Part shown: positions 28,000 to 38,206 of the stretch, in pieces
Layout: each line of letters begins with the position of its first letter
Numbering within the stretch: position 1 is the first letter of the stretch
Origin: an uncultured bacterium
GTDB lineage: Bacteria > Bacillota > Clostridia > Christensenellales > CAG-917
Assembly: GCA_949432885.1 (NCBI GenBank)
Contig: CASQXY010000008.1
Span: 663 to 64,662, forward strand
DNA length: 64,000 nucleotides
Direction of reading: 5' to 3'
Notes under the pieces: model-generated
What the model saw: the letters and a program-made list of their open reading frames with translations, nothing else
Told to the model about the DNA's origin: nothing
Databases searched by the model: none
Position numbers and translations under genes: made by a program

Positions 28000-29046
28000 T
28001 TATACTGCTGTCGGCAACGCAATCATTACGGAATATTCGGACGCGCATTCTTCTTTTACAAGCCCCTTAGAAACGTTCAGCGCAAGCGTGACAGCATTCT
28101 TTCTCGGGCTGACGTAATCGCGCATTACGACGTTGATATATTGAAGATTCTCGCTGTGCGCAAACGCCGCTACGCAATCGTTCATATTCTTTTCATGCTG
28201 ACCTTCTCTGTATCTCGGACCGCATACCAAACAACCGTCCGTCAACTGCGACTGCAAGACGAAGATTCCGCCGACGCTGTTCTTATACATATCTATATAA
28301 GCAGGAACAGCCTTTTGTATATATTTCTCCGAAGAATAATACCTGTTCCACTTCGCCGTATAAAAGGATTGCAGACATCCGTTTTCAATCTGCCCACCGT
28401 CATCGTTGCGGAGGAAATATCTTGAATCGCCCGATACGTATTCGTCATCGTCTCCCCATATCAACAGGCACTTCCCTCTCGCCTCGCCCAGCGTGAGGTT
28501 GCTGATATATTCGAGGTCGGATTTGCCCGAATCGTTGCTTATAAACCTGCCCGCAAGGTATTCGTCGAGCATTGCGACGGTACCGGTCTTCGCTTCTGCG
28601 TTTCCGAACTTATGTACGTCGAGTATAATCGCTTCGCTCGGATTGGCAGTGATAAAGTCGCGCACGTCCTCCAATACGTCTTTCAGATAAAGGCTATACG
28701 CAGGTCCGTGATAAATGCGAAGCTCTCCTTTTTTCTCCTTTATACGCAAATCGAAATATCTCGTGCCGCATTCAAGCTGATTGCCTATATCCCTGTCCTG
28801 CGTTTCACTGTACCAAGGCATACCCGCAGTACCCGCGTCATGCGACCCCGGCGTCGCCACGCGGCTCAAAAGCGCGTCGTCCTTGATATAGGACTGCCAG
28901 TACGAAAGCGCTGCCGCCGGCGTCGTATGGTCGTTCACTCTATGCGCGATAGACGCGCACACGCCCGCCGCGACAATCACGGCGACTACTAGACATACAA
29001 GCAGTATCAAGGTGATTTTCACACCAATTCTCATCTTCCCTCTCAT
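28000..29046 (-). CDS. Membrane-anchored phosphatidylinositol-specific phospholipase C X-domain protein
   Basis: N-terminal TM anchor. PGSHDAGT and TRYFDLRI...RIYHG resemble PI-PLC X-box catalytic motifs. Confidence 0.75.
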   Translation of the reverse strand: MRGKMRIGVKITLILLVCLVVAVIVAAGVCASIAHRVNDHTTPAAALSYWQSYIKDDALLSRVATPGSHDAGTAGMPWYSETQDRDIGNQLECGTRYFDLRIKEKKGELRIYHGPAYSLYLKDVLEDVRDFITANPSEAIILDVHKFGNAEAKTGTVAMLDEYLAGRFISNDSGKSDLEYISNLTLGEARGKCLLIWGDDDEYVSGDSRYFLRNDDGGQIENGCLQSFYTAKWNRYYSSEKYIQKAVPAYIDMYKNSVGGIFVLQSQLTDGCLVCGPRYREGQHEKNMNDCVAAFAHSENLQYINVVMRDYVSPRKNAVTLALNVSKGLVKEECASEYSVMIALPTAV

Positions 29047-29108
29047 AATCCTCTCTTATGCAAATCATTATTTTATCCTACCGTTTTAGCACGGTAAAAC
29101 TCGATTTA

Positions 29109-29393
29109 TCAAATCATATACATTTTGGTCTTTTTATCTTCGACAATGCGCTCGACCAAAAAACAGTCGAAATCCACGTCCTCGATAAAATCGCGCTGTA
29201 TATATTTTGCGCGGTTAAACCTCTCGAAATGCCTCAGATGCGTAGGCAAGGAAACGGGCGCGGCAATATCCAGTCTGTACGCCAATTCCTGCAACAGCGT
29301 TCTGAAATCTTCTTCCGACAGGGACAGCTCGTCCTCGTAAACGACGTCGCGCAGGATTTTGTCCCCTCTCATGATTTTCGCCCAAACCTTCAT
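29109..29393 (-). CDS. Hypothetical 94-aa protein
   Basis: The ATG shares one nucleotide with the upstream TGA (TGATG). No recognisable motif. The longer ORF in the track overlaps the upstream gene. Confidence 0.5.
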   Translation of the reverse strand: MKVWAKIMRGDKILRDVVYEDELSLSEEDFRTLLQELAYRLDIAAPVSLPTHLRHFERFNRAKYIQRDFIEDVDFDCFLVERIVEDKKTKMYMI

Positions 29394-29860
29394 CAGTACT
29401 CCTCTACTATTTCTCCGAAGTAGAACGTGTGCAAATCTTTGGTCGGATACCAATTCTCCACCTGCGAAATATCCATATCTCCCATGGGAAGCTTGCCTAT
29501 AACGCGGCATTCAAAATACTTTTTACATCCGCCCACAACATATCCGTCTACGCTTTTAGCCTCTGCTTTTTCAAGTCCGCAGGTCGTCCATTTCTCAAAC
29601 TCCCTGCCGCTCTTCGTGCCGCAGAATTTCAGCGCGTCCTTCATGCCGCCCGCCTCGGGTATGCTGATGGTAAATGCGCCGCTGCCGTCGATAAATTCCT
29701 TGGTATAGCGGCTTTCGCGGACTGGAACGACATATACTCTTTTGCCCCACATCACGCCCACAAAGCCCCAGCTAGCCACCATAACGTTGTCGCCTGAGCT
29801 CAGAAACGCGCCCGTATTCAAAGCCGAGTTTAGATAGTTCATATTATCGAATCTGTGCAT
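29393..29860 (-). CDS. Flavin reductase-like (FMN-binding split-barrel) domain protein
   Basis: The pattern NVMVASWGFVGVMWGKRVYVVPVRESRYT resembles flavin-reductase-like domains. Start at ATG 29860 (RBS GAAGGAGAAG). Confidence 0.65.
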   Translation of the reverse strand: MHRFDNMNYLNSALNTGAFLSSGDNVMVASWGFVGVMWGKRVYVVPVRESRYTKEFIDGSGAFTISIPEAGGMKDALKFCGTKSGREFEKWTTCGLEKAEAKSVDGYVVGGCKKYFECRVIGKLPMGDMDISQVENWYPTKDLHTFYFGEIVEEY

Positions 29861-30214
29861 ACTTCTCCTTCGGCGCAGCAGCGCCACCGTCTATTCTATC
29901 GCGGAAACCTAAAAAACGTTCATACGTCGAGTCGTCAAATACCTCACACGCACTCCGCCTGCATAATCTTGTTCCGTTTTATGATATCACATACGCTGAT
30001 TATCGGCAATAGCGAAAAACAAAACGGCTTAGGTTTTATCGCTGCTCCGATAAAACCTATCGCATTGTGTTTAAGCGCGAGTCAGAGCACAATATAATGC
30101 GATTTTGCCTAATCGAGCGTTTGCGAATTGCTTTTGAGCTCAAATTGTGATAATCTAAAAGTCACGCATACGGAAATGGGTACGTATTGCCTTACACATC
30201 GAGGGAGGATACAA

Positions 30215-31660
30215 ATGAGCTTTGCAAGGTTTTCAAGCGACTTTCTGGTTGAAACTTTCACTCTTGTCGACAACTTGTTTATTAACGAGTATCTCCCCTA
30301 TTGCGACGAAAAACAAATCAAGGTTTACCTATACGGACTTTACCTGTGCTCAAACCCCGCCACGGACAATTCCATAGACGCCCTGTGCTCGCGCCTCGAT
30401 ATGAAGGAGACGGAGATACTTTCCGCATACGGATATTTCGAGGATATGGGGCTTGTGCAAATCATATCGCGCGAGCCTTTGGAAATTAAGTATCTCAGCC
30501 TAAAAAAATCCATGCAACCGCCGAAAAAATACAAGGGCGAGAAGTGGAACGACTTCAACACTCATCTTCAACAGTTGTTCCCCGAACGCATGCTAACTCC
30601 GAACGAGTACAACGAGTACTATATGTTCCTTGACGAGAGCAGAATGGAACACGACGCAATGCTGATGATTGTGCAGTATTGCATCGACCTGAAAGGAAAC
30701 AGCGTAAGATATCCTTACATACTTACGGTTGCGCGCAACTGGTCTCTCGACGGAGTGCGCACCGCGCAGGACGTCGAAAACAAACTGCGCGAATACGACA
30801 CGCAATCCGAGCAGATGCGCTCCGTGCTCGCAGCAATCGGCAGAAAAGGCGGAGCGGAGCTTGAAGACAAACAAATGCTTCTCAAATGGACGCGTAGTTG
30901 GGGATACGAGCTGGACGCTATTCTAACCGCGGCAAAGACCTTGAAAGGCGGCAAAAGCTTTAAAAAACTGGATTCCCGTCTGGACGAATTTTACAGAATG
31001 TCCGTTTTCACCTCGCAGGAGATGACAGACTATCAGGCTCATCGTGAGCATTTGCGCGAGCTTGCGGTTGCCGTAAACAAAAACCTCGGCGTTTTCTACG
31101 AATCCTTCGAACATGAAATTGAGGTATATATAGTTCCTTGGACATCCAAGGGCTTTGACGACGACGCGCTCGTCAAGATTGCGCACCACTGCTTCATCAC
31201 AAACATCCGCACTTTGGACGGTATGAACAACGTCGTGAACAAGTTCTACGCACTCGGCAGACTGAGTTCTGAGAGCATAACGGAATATCTGCGCCTGCAA
31301 ATCGAGCAAGACGCCAGAATAAAGAAAATAATCGAAAAAAGCGGACGGTCGCGCAACGTAACTTCCTCCGACCGAGAGTACTATAGAACTTGGACGGTGA
31401 CATGGGGCTTTGACGACGACGTTATTCTCTACGCCGCGGAGCAATCCGCGTTCAAGACGTATCCCGTTCCGTATATCAATCAGCTTCTTTCCGGATATAA
31501 ATCGGCGGGGGTTACCACCGTGGAACAGGCGAAAGCTCTGCCCTCGCCCAAGAATAACGAAAGGGAACGCAAAGCCGACTTCGAGCAACGGCAATATACT
31601 GCGGAAGAACTGCATTCGATAGTGACCAGCATAGACAGTTTGAGCGACACGGATTTGTGA
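30215..31660 (+). CDS. DnaD/DnaB-type replication initiation and helicase-loading protein
   Basis: The N-terminal domain (FINEYLPYCDEKQIKVYLYGLYL) and repeated DnaD-like C-terminal modules (ARNWSLDGVRT..., WTRSWGY..., RTWTVTWGF...) are present. It lies upstream of dnaI. RBS GGGAGGA precedes ATG 30215. Confidence 0.8.
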   Translation: MSFARFSSDFLVETFTLVDNLFINEYLPYCDEKQIKVYLYGLYLCSNPATDNSIDALCSRLDMKETEILSAYGYFEDMGLVQIISREPLEIKYLSLKKSMQPPKKYKGEKWNDFNTHLQQLFPERMLTPNEYNEYYMFLDESRMEHDAMLMIVQYCIDLKGNSVRYPYILTVARNWSLDGVRTAQDVENKLREYDTQSEQMRSVLAAIGRKGGAELEDKQMLLKWTRSWGYELDAILTAAKTLKGGKSFKKLDSRLDEFYRMSVFTSQEMTDYQAHREHLRELAVAVNKNLGVFYESFEHEIEVYIVPWTSKGFDDDALVKIAHHCFITNIRTLDGMNNVVNKFYALGRLSSESITEYLRLQIEQDARIKKIIEKSGRSRNVTSSDREYYRTWTVTWGFDDDVILYAAEQSAFKTYPVPYINQLLSGYKSAGVTTVEQAKALPSPKNNERERKADFEQRQYTAEELHSIVTSIDSLSDTDL

Positions 31661-31667
31661 GGAAAGT

Positions 31668-32585
31668 ATGAAAGAAAGAGCCATAAACAAAGCGCTGTCG
31701 AGGAGGCGCGCAAGAATAGACGAAGCAAAACGCGAAGCGGAAAACAAACTCGCCGCCGCGCTTTTGATTCCCGAAATTTCTATCGCGCATTCGCAGTATG
31801 TAGACAAAAAATTCAACAGCATACTAAACGGGAAAAATACCGAGGGCGTAACCGCCGCACACAAAGCATATCTGTCCGCCCTCGCAAAGCACGGCATTTC
31901 AGAATCTGATTTTGAATACACTCCGCTCTGCTCTAATTGCAAGGATACGGGAAGCGTAAACGGCAAAGCCTGCGATTGCGTTTGGTCTGAGTATATAGAC
32001 TGTCTCAAGGAACAATGCAATATTCTCGTAAAAGCCCCTTTCACCTTTGCGGATTGCGACAGCGCCCTTATAATCGACGAAACGCAACGCTCGTCCGTTG
32101 AAAAGCTATACAAATATATGGAGGCGTACTCGGATAAGCTCCCCGACGTAAATTACAAAAATATAGTGCTCTCGGGCTCTGTGGGCACAGGCAAGACCTG
32201 TCTTGCCTCCGCAGTTGCGCGCGCCGCGGTCGAAAGAGGCAAGAGCTGTAAATTTATGTCCGCATACGAGTTCAACAGCGAAATGCTTGCGTGTCATACG
32301 TCGCCTATATCCGAACGCACCGAGCGCCTTCACGACCTACTCACTGCGGATTTGCTTGTGATAGACGACCTCGGCACAGAGCCGATTCTCAAAAACGTGA
32401 CGATAGAATATCTGTTACTGACTCTCGAAGAGCGCCTGAACGCAGGTCTGTGTACGATTATCACGACCAACCTCGACGAGGGCAGGATTATGTCACGTTA
32501 CTTCGAGCGCATATACTCCCGTCTCAGCGACAAGCGGCATTCTCGATTTTTCAATCTGAACGGAAAGGATTTGCGACTGGCATAA
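31668..32585 (+). CDS. dnaI: Primosomal helicase loader DnaI/DnaC-family ATPase
   Basis: Cys-rich N-terminal zinc module (CSNCKDTGSVNGKACDC). Walker A GSVGTGKT and Walker B LLVIDDLG. Confidence 0.85.
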   Translation: MKERAINKALSRRRARIDEAKREAENKLAAALLIPEISIAHSQYVDKKFNSILNGKNTEGVTAAHKAYLSALAKHGISESDFEYTPLCSNCKDTGSVNGKACDCVWSEYIDCLKEQCNILVKAPFTFADCDSALIIDETQRSSVEKLYKYMEAYSDKLPDVNYKNIVLSGSVGTGKTCLASAVARAAVERGKSCKFMSAYEFNSEMLACHTSPISERTERLHDLLTADLLVIDDLGTEPILKNVTIEYLLLTLEERLNAGLCTIITTNLDEGRIMSRYFERIYSRLSDKRHSRFFNLNGKDLRLA

Positions 32586-32605
32586 TCATAAATAATCGTT
32601 TGCAA

Positions 32606-32640
32606 TCAAAAAGCCCGTCGTTTGACGGGCTCATTTTTTA
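32606..32640. terminator. Bidirectional rho-independent terminator
   Basis: AGCCCGTC-GTTT-GACGGGCT is flanked by A5 and T6. It lies between convergent dnaI and the ABC permease gene. Confidence 0.8.
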
Positions 32641-32652
32641 TATTAAAATCCG

Positions 32653-33612
32653 CTACCTTTCCTCTCGGAAATACGATACTCCGAGCGCTGCTGGCGGCTG
32701 AGTCTCTCTCTTGTTGATTATACTTGTCACGATAAGTACAACGACTGTTACAAAATAAGGAATCAACTTGACTATCTCCTTTGTCGCCGCACTCGGAACA
32801 GTCATAAAATCGGGTGAAATATACAGCGCTCCGAACAAAATTGACCCCAGTATACCCCAATTCGGCTTCCAGACGGTAAATATTACAAGAGCCACCGCCA
32901 TCCAACCGAAAGCGTCGATATTATATTCAATATTGCCCCCTAAATGGTCCATTATGAAGAACAAGCCGCCGAGTCCCGCTATCGCGCTTCCCAGTATAGT
33001 TGCTATGTACCTGTATTTTGTAACGTTTATTCCCGCCGCGTCCGCCGTCGCAGGATTTTCGCCGACCGCGCGGAGATTAAGTCCTACGCGCGTTCTTTTT
33101 ATAATAATCGCCGCAATGACCGCGACTATAATTGCGAGATACACCAAAGTGCCGTAGGAGAGGAAAATTTTACCGAACCAACCCGCGCTGTCCGCACAGG
33201 GGAATCCTTTTATAAAATATTCGCTCGCCGCAGTAAAGCCCGTTTTATCGATACGGTTCATATAAAAGCTGTTGAAGCCGATTCCGAAAGTGGTGATTGT
33301 AAGTCCCGTAACGTTCTGATTGCAACGTAGCGTTACCGTGAAAAAGCTGAACAATAAGCCTGCAAGCGCGCCGAAAATCAACGTCATAATTATAGGAATA
33401 ATAACCGCCGCAAATCCGTTAATCTGACTGATATCCGAAAGCGATTTCAAATACAGCGATTCGCCCAGTACGCCTCCCACCGCGCCTATACACATGACGC
33501 CCGGGATTCCGAGATTGAGATGCCCCGATTTTTCAGTTATGGTTTCGCCGGTTGCGCCATACATGAATACGGTGCTGAATCTGATTGCTCTCTGCAAAAA
33601 AGTCCAAAACAT
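32653..33612 (-). CDS. ABC transporter permease (BMP/nucleoside-type, NupQ-like)
   Basis: 319 aa polytopic protein. YGATGETITEKSGHLNLGIPG is typical of this permease family. Confidence 0.88.
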   Translation of the reverse strand: MFWTFLQRAIRFSTVFMYGATGETITEKSGHLNLGIPGVMCIGAVGGVLGESLYLKSLSDISQINGFAAVIIPIIMTLIFGALAGLLFSFFTVTLRCNQNVTGLTITTFGIGFNSFYMNRIDKTGFTAASEYFIKGFPCADSAGWFGKIFLSYGTLVYLAIIVAVIAAIIIKRTRVGLNLRAVGENPATADAAGINVTKYRYIATILGSAIAGLGGLFFIMDHLGGNIEYNIDAFGWMAVALVIFTVWKPNWGILGSILFGALYISPDFMTVPSAATKEIVKLIPYFVTVVVLIVTSIINKRETQPPAALGVSYFREER

Positions 33613-34898
33613 TATGCCTCAACCTCCTCTTTATCTTGAATACTTTCACTTGTTCGCTGCGGAGGCGGAACGGTCTCCGTCGAGTTCAAGACGATTTCCT
33701 CTTCCGATTGACTTTCCGCAATCACAACGCCTATGCCGTCATCGTCTGAGCCGCCGCATGCGTTTTCTTCGGATTCGCAGTCCGCGGAAGGGCTGTCAGT
33801 CTTAGACGTTTCGCGCTTGCGGAGCTTAAACTTTATCTTGTAACCTACAAAAAACTCGCTCGCAATCACGATAAAGAAAAACATTCCCGTGATTATTTTG
33901 GGGAAGGAACCTCCGAAATCGAGAACGGAAGCCGCCTGAGAAGAACCCTGACTTAAAAACGCAACCAAAAACGCGGTAAACGACATGCCTATGGGATTGA
34001 AGTGCGCCAGCCAGCTTATCAGTATTGCCGTAAAGCCTCTGCCGCCCGCCACTTCCGTGCTGACCGTATGACTTGCGCCGCCGACGATGAGCCAACCGGC
34101 TATTCCGCATAACGCGCCCGACAAAATCATAGTGCGAATGATAACTTTCTTGACGTTTATGCCGATATACTTCGCCGTATTCACCGACTCACCTACAACC
34201 GAAAGTTCATAGCCGTGCTTGCTGAAACGCAGATATACAAACACCAAAGCGGTCAAAATCGCAACGATGATTATGTTGAGTATGTACGGATATTTGCCTA
34301 TTTTGGGGAAGTTTCCGAATGGAAGAACTCCGACCGTTCCGGAATTGTTCGGCACCCAAATCGCAATAACGCAAGCAATAAGTCCCATCGCAATATAGTT
34401 CATCATAAGAGTAAACAACGTCTCGTTCGTATTCCATTTGGCTTTGAAAATAGCAGGAATCGTCGCCCAAGTTGCGCCGCCTACGACGCTGAATAAAAGC
34501 ATGATAACAATAAGCAAGCCGTCGTCCACTTTGCCGCCGAAATATTTCATGCACGTCGCGCAAAGCAATGCGCCCATGAGCACTTGACCCTCCGCGCCTA
34601 TATTCCAAAATTTCATTTTGAATGCGGGAGTTACGGCAAGCGAAATACAAAGCAGCAACGCCGTCTCTTCAAAGAGATTTATAGCGCGTCTCGGCGTACT
34701 GAAACAACCTTTGAACATTTGCTCCAAAAAACTGCCGAAACTCCCGGGAGACAGAATAGAACTGATAATTCCGCAAAGCAGAAGAGCGACCAAAACCGCA
34801 ACTCCGCGTATAAGCCAAGTTTTCCATTTGGGAATGTCCGTCCTCTTAGAGATATGAATAGGCGACTCGAATTTAAGTTTTTTTAATACGTTTGTCAC
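33612..34898 (-). CDS. ABC transporter permease (BMP/nucleoside-type, NupP-like) with an acidic C-terminal tail
   Basis: FNIGAEGQ motif. GTG start at 34898 overlaps the ATPase TGA (GTGA) and follows RBS GGGGAGGA. The ORF-track N-terminus further upstream is arginine-rich and overlaps the ATPase gene. Confidence 0.85.
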   Translation of the reverse strand: MTNVLKKLKFESPIHISKRTDIPKWKTWLIRGVAVLVALLLCGIISSILSPGSFGSFLEQMFKGCFSTPRRAINLFEETALLLCISLAVTPAFKMKFWNIGAEGQVLMGALLCATCMKYFGGKVDDGLLIVIMLLFSVVGGATWATIPAIFKAKWNTNETLFTLMMNYIAMGLIACVIAIWVPNNSGTVGVLPFGNFPKIGKYPYILNIIIVAILTALVFVYLRFSKHGYELSVVGESVNTAKYIGINVKKVIIRTMILSGALCGIAGWLIVGGASHTVSTEVAGGRGFTAILISWLAHFNPIGMSFTAFLVAFLSQGSSQAASVLDFGGSFPKIITGMFFFIVIASEFFVGYKIKFKLRKRETSKTDSPSADCESEENACGGSDDDGIGVVIAESQSEEEIVLNSTETVPPPQRTSESIQDKEEVEA

Positions 34899-36847
34899 TG
34901 TAAATCCTCCCCAACGCTGTCGGCGGCTACTCCCGCGCCCGAATTGTTGGTCATCAGTTTTCCCAACACTTCTTTCTCTGCGGTTCTTCCGTCGACTATA
35001 CCCGACACCTTGCCTCCGCAAACAACCATAATCCTGTCGCACAAATCGATAAGCACGTCCAAATCTTCTCCGACAAAAATCACTGCGACGCCTTGTTCCT
35101 TTTGCTCGTTCAGCAGATTATATATGGTATAAGACGAATTTATATCGAGACCTCTGACGGGATATGCCGCCATAAGCACGGTGGGAGCCGCGGCTATCTC
35201 TCTCCCGACCAGCACCTTCTGCACGTTTCCTCCCGACAGTCTGCGCACGGGTGTGCGCGTGCTGGGCGTCACCACCTCCAAATCCGTCACTATATTCTCC
35301 GCAAGATTCTTCGGGCTCTTTCTGTCGAGGAATATGGAAGACCAAACCACGGAGGCGCAATTTGCCACGCCCCGTCCGAATTTCGCAAACGCCTCTTTCG
35401 CCTTATTGGGCTTGCCGTCAGATTTCTTTCCGCCGGAGCTTTCTGCTGCCGAAGAATCTTCCGAAACGGCTTCCGCCACTTTCTCCGTATCCGATTCGCA
35501 TTCCTTCTTTTCGTCCGCTTCGTTATGCTTGACGTTTCTGTACGAGCGCAGCATCATATTGTCGACGAGGTCCATATTTCCGACGAGCCCCATTCCCAAT
35601 CTGTCCTCGGGAACGAAAGACAGACGAACCCCCAAATCGCGTATCTGAACGGGTGTTTTGGCGCGCAAATCTATTTTTTCATTGTCCTTGGTCGGGTCAA
35701 AATACAGTATGTCGCCGCTGTCGATTCTTTGCAGTCCCGCAATCGCTTCCAGCAGTTCGCGCTGACCGCTGCCAGCAATACCCGCAATACCCAGTATCTC
35801 GCCCGAACGCGCAGTAAACGACACGTTGTCCAAGACCTTCACACCGTCGTGATTCGTCGCGGAGATACCGTCTACCACAAGCCTGTCTTCCACGTCATGC
35901 GGCTCGGAGCGGTTTATATTCAAATCTATTTTCTTGCCGACCATCATCTCGGTCAGCTCCTTTTCATCGGTATCTGCGGTGTTTACTGTCGCAATGTGCT
36001 CGCCTTTTCTGAGGACCGCAACTCTGTCAGAAATCGCCATAACCTCGTTGAGTTTATGCGTGATTATTATGATAGATTTCCCGTCATCTTTCATTCGGCG
36101 CAGAACGGCAAACAGCTTGTCTATCTCCTGAGGAGTAAGCACCGCCGTCGGCTCATCCAAAATGAGAATATCCGCATTTCTGTACAGAACCTTTATAATT
36201 TCGACAGTCTGTTTCTCGGAAACGGACATATCGTATATTTTCTTTTTTAAGTCGATTTCAAAGCCGTATCTGTTGGCGATGCTCTGAATCGCGTCCGCGC
36301 GGTTGCGCGAGAGCCAGCCGAATTTGATACGCTTTGCTATCTTCTCAAACGGAAGCGCCGCAATCCTGCGCTTCGTCTCTTTTTCCGAATGATATTTCGG
36401 GGCTTTGAGATATGCCAGCACTCCCGTATGCTCCTCGGGTTTATACGCCGCGTAAGCCGCATTTTCCGCAGAATGCTCTTCTTTTATCCTTTCTGCCTCC
36501 GATTTGATATCGAAACCTTTGTACTCTTCGCCCAGAATAATATTATCCGCCGCACTGAATACGTCCACCAGCTTAAAGTGCTGATGTATCATGCCTATGC
36601 GATGGGCAAAAGCGTCTTTGGGTGAATGAATGGAAGCCTTTTCTCCGTCTATAAAAATCTCGCCGCTATCGGGATAATAGATGCCGGCAATCATATTCAT
36701 AAGAGTAGTCTTTCCGCTCCCGTTTTCACCCAAAATCGAAAGAACTTCACCGCGGTAAACGGTCAAGTCCACATTTTTATTGGCGACCACCTCTCCGAAG
36801 GTTTTGGTGATGCTTTTAAGCTGTATAGCAACAGTATTGTCTTGCAT
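34895..36847 (-). CDS. Duplicated-ATPase ABC protein of the BMP/nucleoside system (650 aa, with two insertions)
   Basis: GENGSGKTT, ILILDEPT and LSGGNVQK motifs. From general family knowledge such proteins are about 500-520 aa; here there are extra charged blocks after each Q-loop region. Confidence 0.93.
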   Translation of the reverse strand: MQDNTVAIQLKSITKTFGEVVANKNVDLTVYRGEVLSILGENGSGKTTLMNMIAGIYYPDSGEIFIDGEKASIHSPKDAFAHRIGMIHQHFKLVDVFSAADNIILGEEYKGFDIKSEAERIKEEHSAENAAYAAYKPEEHTGVLAYLKAPKYHSEKETKRRIAALPFEKIAKRIKFGWLSRNRADAIQSIANRYGFEIDLKKKIYDMSVSEKQTVEIIKVLYRNADILILDEPTAVLTPQEIDKLFAVLRRMKDDGKSIIIITHKLNEVMAISDRVAVLRKGEHIATVNTADTDEKELTEMMVGKKIDLNINRSEPHDVEDRLVVDGISATNHDGVKVLDNVSFTARSGEILGIAGIAGSGQRELLEAIAGLQRIDSGDILYFDPTKDNEKIDLRAKTPVQIRDLGVRLSFVPEDRLGMGLVGNMDLVDNMMLRSYRNVKHNEADEKKECESDTEKVAEAVSEDSSAAESSGGKKSDGKPNKAKEAFAKFGRGVANCASVVWSSIFLDRKSPKNLAENIVTDLEVVTPSTRTPVRRLSGGNVQKVLVGREIAAAPTVLMAAYPVRGLDINSSYTIYNLLNEQKEQGVAVIFVGEDLDVLIDLCDRIMVVCGGKVSGIVDGRTAEKEVLGKLMTNNSGAGVAADSVGEDLQ

Positions 36848-36903
36848 GTTGCTACCTCCGTCGTTTGCAAACGTTCATAAAAACGCAAGCGAAATTTGTA
36901 ATA

Positions 36904-36931
36904 GGTTGGACGGAGAAAACTCCGTCCAACC
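36904..36931 (-). other. Intercistronic perfect 12-bp stem-loop between the binding-protein and ATPase genes
   Basis: GGTTGGACGGAG-AAAA-CTCCGTCCAACC. Confidence 0.6.
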
Positions 36932-36952
36932 CAAAAGCGTCTTATAGCCTAA

Positions 36953-38152
36953 TCAGCTAAGCAACGTAATGCCGTCGATGTCGATATCGAAGTAAGGCGC
37001 GGAGCGGAATGCCGACTCCTTGAAAATACCGTTCTCAATGACCTGCGTATCTTTTTCGAAATTCGCGTCGGAATTCACGTCAGCCATGTAGCTGGTCAGA
37101 TGGTCGCCGTTTACGGTGAACTTGCTGCAATCGAACACTTTGAGAGTGCCGTCTTTGAGCTTTGCCTCGGCAGCCGCCACTGCGTCCTTAGCAGCCTGCG
37201 AAACGCCGTTGCCGTATTCGAGAAGCTGTACGGAGCCCGTAGCCAAAGTGCCCGTCCAATCCTTGTCGATTGCAACGCCGTTGGCAACGCAATCCACAAT
37301 GTATTTGTAATAAGGAGCCCAGTTGATCTTGGAGCCGACGAGATACGTATCGGCGCATTCTGCCTTCGTGCTCACATTATAGGTAACGTTTGGAACCTTG
37401 GGGTTCGCGCTCTGGCAAGCATTGGGAGCGCCCATAGAGTCTGCGTGCTGGCTGATAACCTTGCATCCTCTCTCCATAAGTTTAACCGCGCCGTTCTGCT
37501 CTGCGGTGGGGTCATACCAAGAGTTGGTGAAGGTCACGTCCATGGTAACAGACGGACAGACAGACTTCGCGCCGAGATAGAAGGAAGTATATCCGGATTT
37601 AACCTCCGCATATGCCCAAGCTCCGACGTAACCGAGCTTAGCCTGATCTGCTGTGATCTGTTGGTTTTCAATCATCTCTTTGAGCCTATAGCCCGCTACG
37701 ATACCCGCAAGATAACGGCCCTCGTAGATAGAAGCGAAAGCATTGTGAAAGTTTGCGAGATTTTCCGTATGAGCCTTCGTGCCCGTCGCATGGCAGAACT
37801 GAACGTTGGGATATTCCTTTGCGGCTCTTATCATATGGTCCTCGTGACCGAAGCTATCCGCAAATATAATATTGCAACCGTCCTCCGCGAGGTCGACCGC
37901 GGCGTCATAGCACTCGGAGCCCTCGGGGATATTCTTTTTGATGACCAACTGCTCGCGCTTCATTCCCATCTCGTCAACAGCCTGATACATAGCGTCGATG
38001 AAGTTCTTGTCATAGGTCGAGTTTTCGTCGTGCAAGCAGATAAGACCGATCTTGATACCGTCAAGATTGTCTTTGTTGCAGGCGGCAAGACCTACGCAAA
38101 GCGCGGCTATCATAGCAATTGCAAGCACAAGCGCTAAGATTTTCTTTTTCAT
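36953..38152 (-). CDS. BMP-family (PnrA/Med-like) ABC substrate-binding lipoprotein
   Basis: Lipobox LAAC at about aa 22-25. BMP-family pattern (IGLICLHDENSTYD, FADSFGHEDH). Confidence 0.92.
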   Translation of the reverse strand: MKKKILALVLAIAMIAALCVGLAACNKDNLDGIKIGLICLHDENSTYDKNFIDAMYQAVDEMGMKREQLVIKKNIPEGSECYDAAVDLAEDGCNIIFADSFGHEDHMIRAAKEYPNVQFCHATGTKAHTENLANFHNAFASIYEGRYLAGIVAGYRLKEMIENQQITADQAKLGYVGAWAYAEVKSGYTSFYLGAKSVCPSVTMDVTFTNSWYDPTAEQNGAVKLMERGCKVISQHADSMGAPNACQSANPKVPNVTYNVSTKAECADTYLVGSKINWAPYYKYIVDCVANGVAIDKDWTGTLATGSVQLLEYGNGVSQAAKDAVAAAEAKLKDGTLKVFDCSKFTVNGDHLTSYMADVNSDANFEKDTQVIENGIFKESAFRSAPYFDIDIDGITLLS

Positions 38153-38206
38153 TTTGTTTCTCCTTATATTTAGGGCAAAGCCCTTATTCCGAAAATATCT
38201 CCGCGG

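Noticed and set aside
30923-32113. A 396-aa ORF on the minus strand spanning dnaD/dnaI. Similar long ORFs are 21220-22515 (431 aa), 59352-60599 (415 aa), 35093-36250, 37100-38137, 18092-19246, 1953-2999, 55850-56797 and 43183-44112.
   Set aside because: Each lies antisense to a gene with clear family motifs. Each has Arg/Ser/His-rich, low-information translations and lacks an RBS. These are typical shadow ORFs in roughly 50-55% GC coding DNA.
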